NCBI GenBank assembly: GCA_965603825.1
Contig: CBFDEM010000017.1
Coordinates: 248,001 to 312,000 of the forward strand
Reading direction: 5' to 3'
Source: Blepharisma stoltei ATCC 30299
Taxonomy: Eukaryota > Protista > Ciliophora
Length of the DNA: 64,000 bases
Positions 1 to 11,158 of the stretch are shown here, in pieces. Position numbers and translations under genes: made by a program. How positions within the stretch are numbered: the first letter of the stretch is position 1; every line of letters begins with the position of its first letter. The notes beneath the pieces were generated by a model. It saw only the letters and a program-made list of their open reading frames with translations. It was not told the origin of the DNA and did no database searches.

Positions 1-1380
1 TGCTCACTTACCTCAAAACATCTAGGATAAAATGTATCAATATCAACATTGCAAAATCATATTAAATTTTTCAGATTTTTAGATAATCCTGCCTTTGTGG
101 TTATCGTAGTGCTCTCATCAAAATGATTACAAAGCTGATGCTCTTGTAGATTTGGAAAATCAATGTCTTTTCTTCGAACTGTCCAAATAAGATCAAAACA
201 AGGGCTATTTACGTCTGGATTTTCAAATCAGTCTTACTATTTGATGATTACCTCTATCAAGCAATGCTTTTCTTATATCAGGATAAGTCCCATTTATCAC
301 AAAAATTTTATCTTTTTCGCTGAGCTTGTATTTTTTTCTGAAAATTGAGATGTCTGTAATTGTGCACCCAGGCCATCTTTTGGGGACCTGGACAAGTCTT
401 TGGAGGATTTTTTCGTCAGATTTTTTAGGCTTTTTGACTGGAGATTGCTGAGGAGCTGGTAGTTCTTCTTTAGATACCACATTGGTTTTGACTTTATTTA
501 AAACTGATTCTTTTAAAGCTTGCCTCATCCTTAATTCTCTATCTTTTGCTTCTGACTCCTTTTTAGCCTCTATCATTTTTCTTTCTGCTAATTGATTTAG
601 GTGTTCTTGAGCTCTTCTAAATATCTTTTCTGCTGCTTCTCTTGCTAATTTCTGCTTAATTTTATCATCTTCTGCAGGCTTAAAAGGGGTCTGTGGTTTT
701 GGTTTTGGTTTATTTACATTTACAAAGGATGCATATTTTGATGCTTTTAGTTCAGCGATTTCACTTTCTGATAAATTATTTGAATTAATCATACTTGAAA
801 TGGTAGGGTTAAACAATTTTGAGGAGACATTGACAAATCCTAGATCTTCTTTAAGCTTCTTCATATTATTCAATTTCTTTTGCTCTTCTATTTCTTTTAA
901 TTGCTGTTTATATTTATTATTTTCTTGAAGAGTTTCGAGGAGAGTGTGATATCTTGATCTATAATAATTTTGAAAATTATTCGATTTTTGACTGGATTCA
1001 CTAAAATCCTCAGTTTTGAATTTGTCATCATTTTCTTCTTCTTTTGCATTTTCACATACAGTTTTTGGCCTTTCTTCTTTGCTATTATTAACTTCGTTTC
1101 GTTTTAAAATTAAAGAAGCTAGTCTTTGTCTGGTGATTTCAAGTTTTTGTTTTTCTTGCTCGAGGTCTTGAAGCCTCTGGTCCTTTTTTTCTTTCAAAGT
1201 TTTAAGATATTTAATGTTGCGCTCATGGAAGTTAATATTTTTTGAAGATGGAGCATCAGTTGATCTATTGCGAGGTCTCAGCTGAAAATTTGGAGGGGAT
1301 GTGGTGCTTGAGTGAGTCTTGTATTCAATAACTCGAAGCTGAGGTCTACCTTGCCTTTCTGTGATTACTTCTTCAGACAT
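1..1380 (-). CDS. Tubulin glycylase-like protein (TTLL3 family), 5' part; runs off the window start
   Basis: After a coiled-coil N-terminus: KIFVINGTYPDIRKALLDR-[intron 233-251]-DWFENPDVNSPCFDLIWT...LCNHFDESTTITTKAGLSKNLKNLIWFCNVDIDTFYPRCF, typical of the TTLL3 N-terminal region; two Trp are TGA. Confidence 0.8.
233..251 (-). other. Spliceosomal intron, 19 nt (GTAATCATCAAATAGTAAG)
   Basis: Only GT..AG interval that restores the frame into the conserved WFENP...FDLIW block. Confidence 0.7.
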
Positions 1381-1551
1381 TTAAATATGGAATCTTTATA
1401 ATTCATAAGAATATTAAATTTGTGAAAATTAAGGCAAGAAAGATTATGATTTATTCAGTATTTTTATTTGATTATTAAAAATAAATTAACAATATTATAA
1501 GGTTTAATTAGTTAAGATTTGTGTATAATCCAAAAATGGTTAACATTATTA

Positions 1552-2052
1552 TTAGTCTCTAGAGGAAAAAAGTCCCAACCTTTCAAGTTTTTTCCTTAGA
1601 TCTCCAGTTAATGCTGGCTGCAATTTCGTTTTAATCCTGAATTTCATAGGATTTTGAGACGAATTTTTAATATTTTCAGCACTCACATTAAGTTGTGACT
1701 CATACTTATTTTTTGAGTCTAATAAATTTGGCTTCAAGATCTTCTTAGTTAACGATTTATATTTAAGCATAGGTCTTGTATATGGAAATTGTGGAGTCTT
1801 ATCTCTAGTTGGTGGTTTAGGGCTCTGAAGCCTAAGTTTAGTAGGAGTAATTGAAGATCTCGCAAATAAATTTAAATCCGTCGCATTTTTCCCTGACATG
1901 TTAACACTTGAATGCCCATCTGCTGAGCTTGCATTTGTTGAAAGTGATGGTGTAGCCTTTTTTAAATCATTAGTAATGTTCTTCACAACCAATTTTGGGC
2001 TATTTGTGCAGAGAAAATCCCATTGATCATCATCAAGTTCATGCTTTTTCAT
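1552..2052 (-). CDS. Hypothetical basic low-complexity protein
   Basis: ATG-to-TAA ORF of 166 aa flanked by AT-rich intergenic DNA; no motif recognised. Confidence 0.6.
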   Translation of the reverse strand: MKKHELDDDQWDFLCTNSPKLVVKNITNDLKKATPSLSTNASSADGHSSVNMSGKNATDLNLFARSSITPTKLRLQSPKPPTRDKTPQFPYTRPMLKYKSLTKKILKPNLLDSKNKYESQLNVSAENIKNSSQNPMKFRIKTKLQPALTGDLRKKLERLGLFSSRD

Positions 2053-2266
2053 TTTATTATTGTGACGCTATGTTTAAAAGAGCTTATTATATTCTATCCA
2101 TTTTCCTCAATTTTAAGTAAGAAATTGGCTGAAAATTCCCAAAGATTAATTTGCCTTGTATATGACTAAGAACTATTAAATATTCGGCAGAGAAATTTTT
2201 ATATAGCTAATAGGATCCATATTCAAATTTTCTCTACTGAATTTTGCTATTAAAAGTTTAGGACCA

Positions 2267-3259
2267 ATGTGGCTTCTAACAGTTCTCGTTTCTATTGCAA
2301 TAGCAAAACAGACTCCAGCACCTTATTTACAAAACTTGAAACGTCCTCTTAATATCGCTCACAGAGGTGCAAGTGGCTATATCCCTGAACATACTTTGCA
2401 AGCTTATGACGTTGCAGCTTATATGTCAGCCGACTATATAGAGCCTGACTTGAACCCTACAAAAGATTTTCACTTGGTCATTAACCATGACAATCTTTTA
2501 AATGAAACCTCCAATGTGGAGTTACTCCCTCAATTTGCATACCTGCGCACTACAAAAACAATCCAAACCTATGAAGGTAATATTACAGAAACTGGCTGGT
2601 TTATTGAAGACTTTACACTAGAACAAATTAAGCAGCTCAGAGCTAAACAAAGACTGTCATTTAGACCTAAAACTTTTAATTACCTGCTTGAAAAAATCAC
2701 AATTGATGAAGCATTAGAATGGGCAATCAAAGAAAACGAAAACAGAAAAAGAAATAAAAAAAACTTAGTTGGGGCTTATATTGAATTAAAAAATCCTACT
2801 TATTATAATTCTAAAGGTTTTCCAGTCCAACAAATGCTACTTAATACACTAAAGAAGTTTGGAATAGATGATATAAAAGGTGCAAATGAAAAATGTCCAA
2901 TTATTTTACAGTGTTTCGAATTAGAAACTTTAGAATTTTTTTCAAAAGAAACTGATCTTCCATTAGTCTATTTAATTGACTCAGGCTCAGGCCTGCCATA
3001 TAATATGACTGAGTATGCTAGTATAGTCCATGGGGTCGGCCCTGATATAGGGTTTATTTTTAATACAAAGTATGATAGCACTGGTTTTGTGGCTTTGGCA
3101 CATCAGAACAATTTATTTGTTCATCCATGGACTATAAGAGATGATACTTTACCAGCAGGTTTTACAGCTAAGCAGGTTTATTTGAAGCTTTTGTATGAAA
3201 ATATTGATGGTATCTTTACAGAGTTCCCAGATAGTGCAAATACATATTTTAACCTATAA
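2267..3259 (+). CDS. Secreted glycerophosphodiester phosphodiesterase (GDPD/GlpQ-like)
   Basis: Signal peptide MWLLTVLVSIAIA; IAHRGASGYIPEHTL, YIEPDL, INHD, VHPWTIR, DGIFTEFPD motifs. Confidence 0.92.
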   Translation: MWLLTVLVSIAIAKQTPAPYLQNLKRPLNIAHRGASGYIPEHTLQAYDVAAYMSADYIEPDLNPTKDFHLVINHDNLLNETSNVELLPQFAYLRTTKTIQTYEGNITETGWFIEDFTLEQIKQLRAKQRLSFRPKTFNYLLEKITIDEALEWAIKENENRKRNKKNLVGAYIELKNPTYYNSKGFPVQQMLLNTLKKFGIDDIKGANEKCPIILQCFELETLEFFSKETDLPLVYLIDSGSGLPYNMTEYASIVHGVGPDIGFIFNTKYDSTGFVALAHQNNLFVHPWTIRDDTLPAGFTAKQVYLKLLYENIDGIFTEFPDSANTYFNL

Positions 3260-3312
3260 TCTTAATTAAGGTTAATTAGCCATACATTTTATTAGTAAAA
3301 GAATTATAATAC

Positions 3313-4017
3313 ATGAGCTTAAATGTATTGAAATCTAGTCTTGAAACTGCTTTAGAAGCAGCTAGAAGTATAAAAGACGCAGAAAGAATTGGAATTTATA
3401 TCAAAAATTTATACCCTTATTTAGGACTTTGGTCACCTCAAAGGAAATCTTTACAAAAAAGCTTTATAGAAGAGACTAAGAATCTTAATCAGCGTCAAAT
3501 TTTTGAACTAGTAGATTGGCTTTGGGGAAAAGAATACAGGGAATATCAATATATTGCAACTGATATGCTAATTGAAAATTTAGAAAAACTTGAAATAGAA
3601 AACGTTGATTACTTATTAAATGTTGTACACATAAAGCCTTATTGGGATTCTGTAGATTATATGACTTTAGTTATAAATAAAATTATCAAGAAAAGTTTAT
3701 CTTTGGATCCTGATGCTCAGAAAATTATGGATAATTCGATTATTCATTCGAATTTATGGGTTAGAAGAGTTGCAATTACACATCAGCTAGGATGAAAGCA
3801 GCTAACAGATACTAAAAGATTATTTGGCTATATAACTTCTCAAGCTCATGATAAAGATTTTTTTATTAGAAAAGCTATTGGGTGAGCGTTAAGAGATTTT
3901 GCAAAATTTAACCATGAAGAAGTTTATAAATTTGTTGATGAAAATAAGTCTATTTTGTCTGGCCTTTCATATAGAGAAGCTACTAAGCATCGTTTGAAAT
4001 ACTCTAATAAAACTTAA
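3313..4017 (+). CDS. AlkD-family DNA alkylation repair glycosylase, copy 1 (TGA=Trp read-through)
   Basis: REYQYIA, YWDSVD, WVRRVAITHQLG(W), FFIRKAIG(W)ALRD, REATKH; ends at TAA 4015-4017. Confidence 0.9.
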
Positions 4018-4195
4018 ATTCTTTCTTTATTAATAATTATTTTATTGAAATATTTATTTTTTGATCCAATTTTTAAATGCCAATAAAAGAATTTGATAAT
4101 TTTATTAAAGAAAAATGTGAGAAAAGTCAATCTTTGCTATCATCCATTTTAATAATAAACTATTCATTTCTAGCGTTATATAAATAAAATCATCA

Positions 4196-4879
4196 ATGAG
4201 CCTCAACTTAATAAAAACGAACATAGATGCTGCCTTAAAAGCAGCTGCAGATCCTAGATTAGCAAAACCAATGGCATCTTACATGAAAAACCACTTTTCG
4301 TTTTTAGGAATTAAAACTCCTCAAAGGCGCCAAGCTACAAAAGACCTCGTTACTGAAACTAAAAAACTTTCAGTTAAAGACCTTCTAGACTTAGTTAATT
4401 GACTATGGGAAGTAGACCAAAGAGAATACCAATACATAGCAGTCGATATCTTGGCTAAGAATTATTTGAAATTTAGCCTAGCAAACATCAAGCAGCTAAT
4501 AAGACTAGCCCAAGAAAAGTCATGATGGGACTCTGTTGATGGGCTTAGCTCAGTCATAAACAAAATTTTACGCAAATCATTAGCTAGTGATAAAAACGCT
4601 CAAAATATTATGGACGAATCTATTTTACATGAAAATATGTGGGTAAGAAGAATTGCTTTACTTCATCAGCTTGGCTGAAAAGACGATACTGATGAACAAA
4701 GACTCTTTGATTATGCCAAATCCCAAGCCAGTGATGAAAATTTCTTTATTCGGAAAGCAATAGGTTGGGCATTAAGAGACTATGCAAGGCACAATCCTGA
4801 GAGAGTCTATAGCTTTCTTGATGAAAATGAGTCAATCTGGTCAAATTTAACTTATAGAGAAGCCACTAAACATAGATAA
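4196..4879 (+). CDS. AlkD-family DNA alkylation repair glycosylase, copy 2
   Basis: MASYMKNHFSFLGIKTPQRR, REYQYIA, KS(W)WDSVD, WVRRIALLHQLG(W), FFIRKAIGWALRDY, REATKH; three TGA read as Trp; TAA 4877-4879. Confidence 0.92.
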
Positions 4880-5266
4880 TGCTAGTATTATAATAATTCT
4901 TATCTTTATCTATAATGAGTTTCATAATCTTTTTTTAAATATGAAAATCAATAACTTTGTATGGTTGAAGGTTTGAAAGGAAAATAGTTGAGAAATGTTG
5001 AGATAGAATTGAGAATGATGCGAAAATTTATGGAGAGGTTTGAAAAAATAAAAGATCAGGTTATAGTAGGCCAATGCCCGTTTTAATAAAAAATGGAAAT
5101 CAAACATTTGGCTGATTTAAAAATTCCATTTCATCTTCTTCATCTTCTTCCTCTCCTAATCTCTCTTTAAATCTCATCCCCCTTCCTATCCCCATTCCCT
5201 TCCTCTATTTCTTAATTTTCATATTCTCTTCTGACTAGTTCTATTGGAGTAGTTATAATTTTCAAC

Positions 5267-5875
5267 ATGGCTCGCAGCTCAACTCAATACGACTACCTCA
5301 TTAAGCTCCTCATCATTGGCGACTCAGGTGTAGGAAAAACCTGTTTTCTCCTTCGTTTTTCAGACGACAACTTCACAGCTTCCCATCTCACAACAATTGG
5401 GATCGACTTCAAGCTGAAAACAATAGACATCGAAGGCAAAACCATCAAGCTCCAAATATGGGACACGGCAGGCCAAGAACGCTTCAGAACCATCACGCAA
5501 ACGTACTATAAAGGCGCCATGGGAATCATTCTTGCATATGACTGCACTGATGAGAAATCCTTCAACAACATCAGAAACTGGGTCCAGCAAATCAAAATGC
5601 ATGCCAACGAAAACGTCGCCAAAGTGCTTATAGGAAACAAATGTGATAGGCCTGATAAAAAAATCTCGACAGAACAAGGCCAAGCTTTGGCAAATGAGTT
5701 AGGCATACAGTTTTTCGAGACCAGCGCAAAAACTAATATCAATGTCAATGAGACTTTTCTGCATATTGCGAAAGAAATTAAAGATAAAAAGCTAGGAGAA
5801 GCGCTGGGGGCAACGAACACGGGAGTGAGAGTTCAGAAAGCACAGGGTGGAGCCAAGAAGAAGGGCTGTTGCTAA
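5267..5875 (+). CDS. RAB8: Rab8/RabE-type small GTPase
   Basis: [40 protein letters not shown]-terminal GCC prenylation site. Confidence 0.93.
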   Translation: MARSSTQYDYLIKLLIIGDSGVGKTCFLLRFSDDNFTASHLTTIGIDFKLKTIDIEGKTIKLQIWDTAGQERFRTITQTYYKGAMGIILAYDCTDEKSFNNIRNWVQQIKMHANENVAKVLIGNKCDRPDKKISTEQGQALANELGIQFFETSAKTNINVNETFLHIAKEIKDKKLGEALGATNTGVRVQKAQGGAKKKGCC

Positions 5876-5928
5876 TAGGTAAAAAAATTATATATAACTG
5901 AAAAGAATATTAAGCTTATTAAATTAGA

Positions 5929-6309
5929 TTAAATTGCGGAGTACCCCTTCCAAGCTTTCCACACAAATTCATCTTCTTTTAGTCCTTTAACAGTCATCAC
6001 TTCTCTCCACTCTCTCACCATTGTGCAGCAAGGTAAAAAAAAAGCAAGAATGCAGTCAATTAAATAAGACCCTCCTATCCCCAAAGTTTTTCTAATTCTT
6101 TGGCGATTATAAGCTACTCCAAAACAGCACCCCAAACATGCGAATAAAAAAGCAAATGTAGGCGCATTTTCTTCTTGGTCTATTATAAGTTTAGTTGTGG
6201 TAGCTTGTTGACAGCAGATTCCACATGGTACGCAGCAAGCCCATATGCAATTTAATGGAGCTGCAAAGCAATCGAAAAGCTGGAAATGCCAATCCCCACC
6301 TTCAGACAT
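5929..6309 (-). CDS. PLAC8 (Cys-rich) family protein
   Basis: W..QLFDCF...CIWACCVPC...NRQRIR..LGIGGSYLIDC....LPCCTMVREWRE pattern. Confidence 0.85.
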   Translation of the reverse strand: MSEGGDWHFQLFDCFAAPLNCIWACCVPCGICCQQATTTKLIIDQEENAPTFAFLFACLGCCFGVAYNRQRIRKTLGIGGSYLIDCILAFFLPCCTMVREWREVMTVKGLKEDEFVWKAWKGYSAI

Positions 6310-6498
6310 GGTTTTATAACCATTTATGCGTTATGATGATTATTTATGAACATGAAGAATCTTCTCCGATTCTTTTTTACCTAGCATATTTTGGAAATTC
6401 ATTATCAAAGCTTTTTCTTATGCTAATAGGGATATTTTATAGGTTAAATGGCTAAATAATTCAATTTAAATGACTCCTGTACTCGATGGTATAGTAGT

Positions 6499-7071
6499 TT
6501 ATATGCCGAGATTAGAAAAGCTATTACGGATTTCTCGCTCCACAGATACTGGCCGTGACTTACTTCGTATCAGAATATGGATAGGGGTTTGCTCTCTTGA
6601 AAATCTTGTTCTTTTGACTTCGACAAGAGCAGGGTTGAGGATTATAGAACTTAGAGGAACTCTACGGTCTTCTTTTAGAATTTCTCACACTTTTTTTACG
6701 TCTTTTGAGCCAGTTAGTGAATTGTTTTCTTTGTTATGCTGCGGAATTTCTATTAATTCTTTTTCAGTTTTCAGCTTATTGATGGATTTTTCTTTTAAAC
6801 TTATAGGGCGAAGTTTTTGAGGCTGGGCTTTAACTGTGGGCTTGCTGAGTGGTTTTACGCCTGCCTTAACTTGGGGATGCATGAATTTCTTTTCTATAGA
6901 CTGAATTTTGAAATCATTTTTTAAATTCCAGCTTGCAATATCCTCATCTGTATCAATTACTTCTTTTCTAAGAATAGGGCTTTTGCTTAAATCGATAAGC
7001 TGTTTTGTAGCTTTTTTTTCTTTTTGTGTATTAGGAGTATCCAATACTTCTTTTATCTTCTCTACTTTCAT
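6499..7071 (-). CDS. Hypothetical basic protein (ORF extended through TGA at 6685)
   Basis: Frame stays open after TGA to TAA at 6499-6501; no motif recognised. Confidence 0.6.
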
Positions 7072-7172
7072 ATGTTTTAAAATCGTCTGTTAAAAATGAA
7101 TATATTTTTAGGCAGTTATAACATTATTTTCCAAAATTTTCATTTTATATTTCTCTAATAAGCTAATTTGCA

Positions 7173-8804
7173 ATGTTTGATGAAGACTCCCAAAGCGAAA
7201 TTTCCCCTAAAGAGCAACAACTCCGTATGTTCAAAAACACAGCCCTAGGCAAAATGTTTTCTCGATCTTACCTAACTGATTCAAATGAAATTGTAAAACT
7301 CCTCAAACAAAAGCGTCAGCAAGCAAATGAAATTGATATCCAAGCCTTATCAATGCGATCACAAATGCCTCACCAAATCCCAGAAGCCTCACAAATAGAC
7401 CGACAACGTACCTATAGAATGCCTACAATTAGAAAATCTCCTTTCAGGCAGCTTGAATCTCCAATAAAGCCTCAGGATTTTGAAGAAGCTCCCTCAGTCC
7501 ATGAAGTAATTAACCATTATGACGAAATTCCTGACGAATCCGATGTCTATTGAAGTAAAATTGACTCAATAGGCTGAAGGCCTGAAACCCGTCAAGAAGC
7601 CACATTGACATCAATTGGAGCAAAACTGTATTTAATTGGTGGAGTAAGCCGAAGCATTAATAGTGATATTAATGTATATAATACAGTAAATAAAAGGTGG
7701 GAAAAACTATATCCAGGTGGCTGCGAACCTGACCCAAGATTTGGACATAACGCTTTAGAATATAACGGAGCCATCGTAGTGTTCGGAGGAGGTACCAATT
7801 TTAATACGGTCCACAAACTGAGAGAATGCTTAAATGGCGTCAAAGTGTATTCACCTCAGAAAAATGATTGGACGTATATAAAAACCCAAGGCACTTATAT
7901 AGCGACCAGAAAATACCATTGCGCGTCTATTGCGGGGAAACATATGTTTATTCATGGAGGACTGAACCAAAAAAACAATTTATTAGCTGATGCTGCTGTA
8001 CTAAATTTAGTCAACAATAATTGGAAAACAATCGAAATTAAAGGAAATGGGCCAAAGGAAAACGCATTTCATACAGCTGCCACTATACTTAATAGTGACC
8101 AATTTGGGAGTTATAGCATTTATAGTATTCCGATCTCTATACAATCAAAAATTAAAATGCCAGGAATTTATGTATTTGGAGGGATAGGCCCTGACAAAAA
8201 AGCCCATAGCAATTTATGAGTGTTAAATGTAGGAGCGAGGCCGCTTTTTTGGTCAACACCTTCAACACAAGGAATTCCACCATCCCCTAGATTCCTCCAC
8301 AGTATGGTTTATAATGACAGATTGAATTCTCTAGTTATTTTTGGTGGAAGAATTGATGTAGCCAATACAACGAGCTATACTTGCTTTAACGACGTCTATT
8401 TATTAAAACTTGACAATTTATTATGAATTAGAGTCAATGTCCTAGGAAGCATCCCAACCCCAAGATCAGGGCATTGCATGGCAAGTTCTGGGTCAAGAAT
8501 TTATATATTTGGAGGGGTCAGTAATACATGCTACTGCAGCAGCGATATTTATATGCTTGAAATTCATCCGAAAATTGTTAAACATTTGTATGATGATGAG
8601 GAAAAGAAAAGGGTGCATGAAAAAAATGTGGAGATTTTTAGAGCTAATCGAGTTTTGGGGAAAACACATGAAGAAGGATGAATGCAGAAGCATAGGTCAC
8701 AGTCAAGTGATGTGGTGAGAAGAAATCATATGCTACATAAAAATGATGCAAACCAGGTTTTCAAAAAAGCGGGGACTGCGATTTTGAATGAGTCACTGCT
8801 TTAA
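7173..8804 (+). CDS. Kelch-repeat (Rab9-effector/HCF-like) beta-propeller protein
   Basis: Four track ORFs are one frame joined by TGA; repeated GG..(L)..W and PRFGH/PRFLH/PRSGH Kelch motifs; several repeat Trp are TGA; TAA 8802-8804. Confidence 0.88.
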
Positions 8805-9062
8805 ATAATTTTTGCAATTTGAATTAGTAATAAATAAAGGAATTAAATGAAAATGAGTTTATATTATAGTAAAATAGATAATTATTTATGCTATAGAATG
8901 CAGGACTAAGCTCGATACTTTTATATATTTATTTCTTGAAAACTAAAAATAGTGATTCAAAATTCACAAATAAAATAATTGTTATTTTAATTTCGAGAAA
9001 TTAAAATTTGAATCTCTATTATCTAATGTGCATCAATAATGACAATAATTATAAAATCATAG

Positions 9063-9317
9063 ATGATCAGTGGGGTCATATCTCAATCCGCAATGAAAAA
9101 TCCTTCAAAAAGGAGTGCAACTATTATCTTAGAGAATAAATCATCACTCAAGAATAAGCCAACTTGTGACGAATCCGAAGGACTTATTTTAGACAAGTAC
9201 CATGAAGTTCGAGTCGCTGAATTCACGCCTGATGAAGTTCCACATTCATGAGAAAATCAAGCAAAGCTGCGTAGGAAAAGCAGTCATCAAGGTAGCTGTG
9301 CTTGCATTCTTATGTAA
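9063..9317 (+). CDS. Small (84 aa) protein ending in a CaaX motif (CILM)
   Basis: Read-through of TGA 9249-9251 gives ...HSWENQAKLRRKSSHQGSCACILM-TAA. Confidence 0.55.
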
Positions 9318-9909
9318 TATTTGGTATTTTCAACTGAACAGCGGAGGATACCAGCTGTGTGGGAAAATAATAATAAATAACTATAATCATAATTAGCATT
9401 TAGAGCATTCTAGTTTAAACTCTAGCTTTCTATTATTCAGAACTTTTAATATGAGGATTACAGTATTAAATCCTTTTTTATACTTAAAAAAAGCTCATTT
9501 TACAGTTAACTCTGAATAAAGCATTTCAAGCTTATGACATCTTATAATCTTCAGGTTTCAAGCATTTTTTACCAAAGTGTATATTATATATCTCTCAATT
9601 ATTCTATATTTTCTATTTTAAGAAATTAAAGCTTATAATTACAGTAAGCTTTGTTATGCTTAAATATTCATCATTATATTAAATTCAGTCATAAATGCAA
9701 AGCCCATAGTTTAATATAGATTCTTTACACTTTATAATCCTATTTTATTGCAATCTGAGCTTAGCTCATAACATTCCAAACCAGCTTCTTTAATGAATAG
9801 TTGATACTCAAAAATAAAAGCATTTCATTTTTGATATCTCCTATTAAATACTAATTTAACTGATAAGTTACCTTTTCACAATAAGTTTTTTATTTTTTAT
9901 TAGATTCCT

Positions 9910-10206
9910 TTATTGTGATGCCATAAGTTCTAAGACTTGTCGAATAAGGACTTTAAATTCATCTAAACTGATTCTTCCATCTCTGTTGGTATCAAGCTCT
10001 CTAAGCACATCTCTAACATCGCTATCTGAAGGTGTATCCATTCCAATGTCATTTGCAACACTGCACATTACTGTTCTAAGCTCAGGCTCATCAATAAATC
10101 CAGAACGATCAGCATCCACAGCATCAAATGCAGCCTTTGCGATGTCGTGTAGCTTTCTATCGTCCCTTAATATTGCGCGGATTTCTTCTGGTGACGCTGA
10201 TGCCAT
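9910..10206 (-). CDS. Small two-EF-hand calcium-binding protein
   Basis: DADRSGFIDEPE and DTNRDGRISLDE canonical EF loops. Confidence 0.92.
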   Translation of the reverse strand: MASASPEEIRAILRDDRKLHDIAKAAFDAVDADRSGFIDEPELRTVMCSVANDIGMDTPSDSDVRDVLRELDTNRDGRISLDEFKVLIRQVLELMASQ

Positions 10207-10269
10207 TTATTATGTTTCAAATACATGAAGTAAGGAAATAAATTACATAGAGCACACTTATTTAACAAA

Positions 10270-11043
10270 CTAATTGATATAGCTGCGCCCGGTACTCCCT
10301 GGAATGATACTTCCCATGGATAGCGTGTATTTATGTCTTAAGTCTCTAAGAGGAGTCTGATGAGGTATCTTTATGGGAAAATTGTAAGGGTTGTCTGGGA
10401 GTTTTTTCATTCCATAAATTTTGTTTTTCAGCAATTGGATTGATTTTTCAGGCGAAAGTTCTCTATGTACAGAGTATATGGGGGTTTTGGTTCTTATTGC
10501 ATCGCTTCGGGTTCTGCTATGAGAAATATTTGTGTTTTGCTTTGGGTTTGGCATATATTTTAGCTTCAGCGGCGATTTTGATGGCTTTTTGGTTTCAGTA
10601 ATTTCTTGCTTCTTTTTTCTGTATGAAATTTACAATTTTTGAAGGCTAATGCTATGAATAGTTGACCTGTTCGTGGAAACCTCGCTAGATAGGTTTGTCT
10701 TTGACATGGACTTCAAAGGTTTTTCCACTGTTAATCTGCTCATAGATCTCAAAACACTTTTTGGCCTTGTCGAAGGTTTAAAAAGATGCTTCTTTAAATC
10801 CTTTTTTGATGATGCCAAGCTGGTATCTCTTGGGAATACATAATTTGTATTTGTAGTCGATTTCCTAAACTTCGCCTCTATTTCTGCACGTATTTCCATA
10901 TCAATGTCGCTGTTAAAACTTGTTTCTTCTAAAAAACTGTTTTCTACTTCTGTACATAATGAGCTTTCTACAGTCTCATCAAATCTTTGTGTCTTTATTG
11001 TAGGGATAAGTTTAAGAGAGGTCTTTAAGCCAAACTTAGACAT
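10270..11043 (-). CDS. Hypothetical Ser/Lys-rich protein, two exons
   Basis: Track ORFs 10630-11043 and 10270-10554 join in frame after removing intron 10619-10633. Confidence 0.7.
10619..10633 (-). other. 15-nt intron GTAAATTTCATACAG
   Basis: GT..AG, A at position 10, removes an in-frame TAA. Confidence 0.8.
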
Positions 11044-11158
11044 ATTATTTTCATAAAGTAATTTCCCAATTGATTTCCTTTCGTGAAATACGTTAAATTA
11101 TCTCAAAATTTTTGAATTAATAATGATTGCTATATAAAGAAGTTAGTTAAAGAATTTG

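Noticed and set aside
2267-4879. Bacterial contamination or operon (GDPD + AlkD x2)
   Set aside because: AlkD genes use TGA=Trp like the host and are embedded among clearly eukaryotic genes with matching composition.
4940-5260. Purine-rich then pyrimidine-rich tract upstream of Rab8
   Set aside because: No ORF, repeat unit or RNA structure that I can support; likely promoter-region composition.
9400-9850. Coding-like decayed sequence (also 59720-60050 and 61500-61720)
   Set aside because: No recognisable homology; cannot be called pseudogenes by eye.
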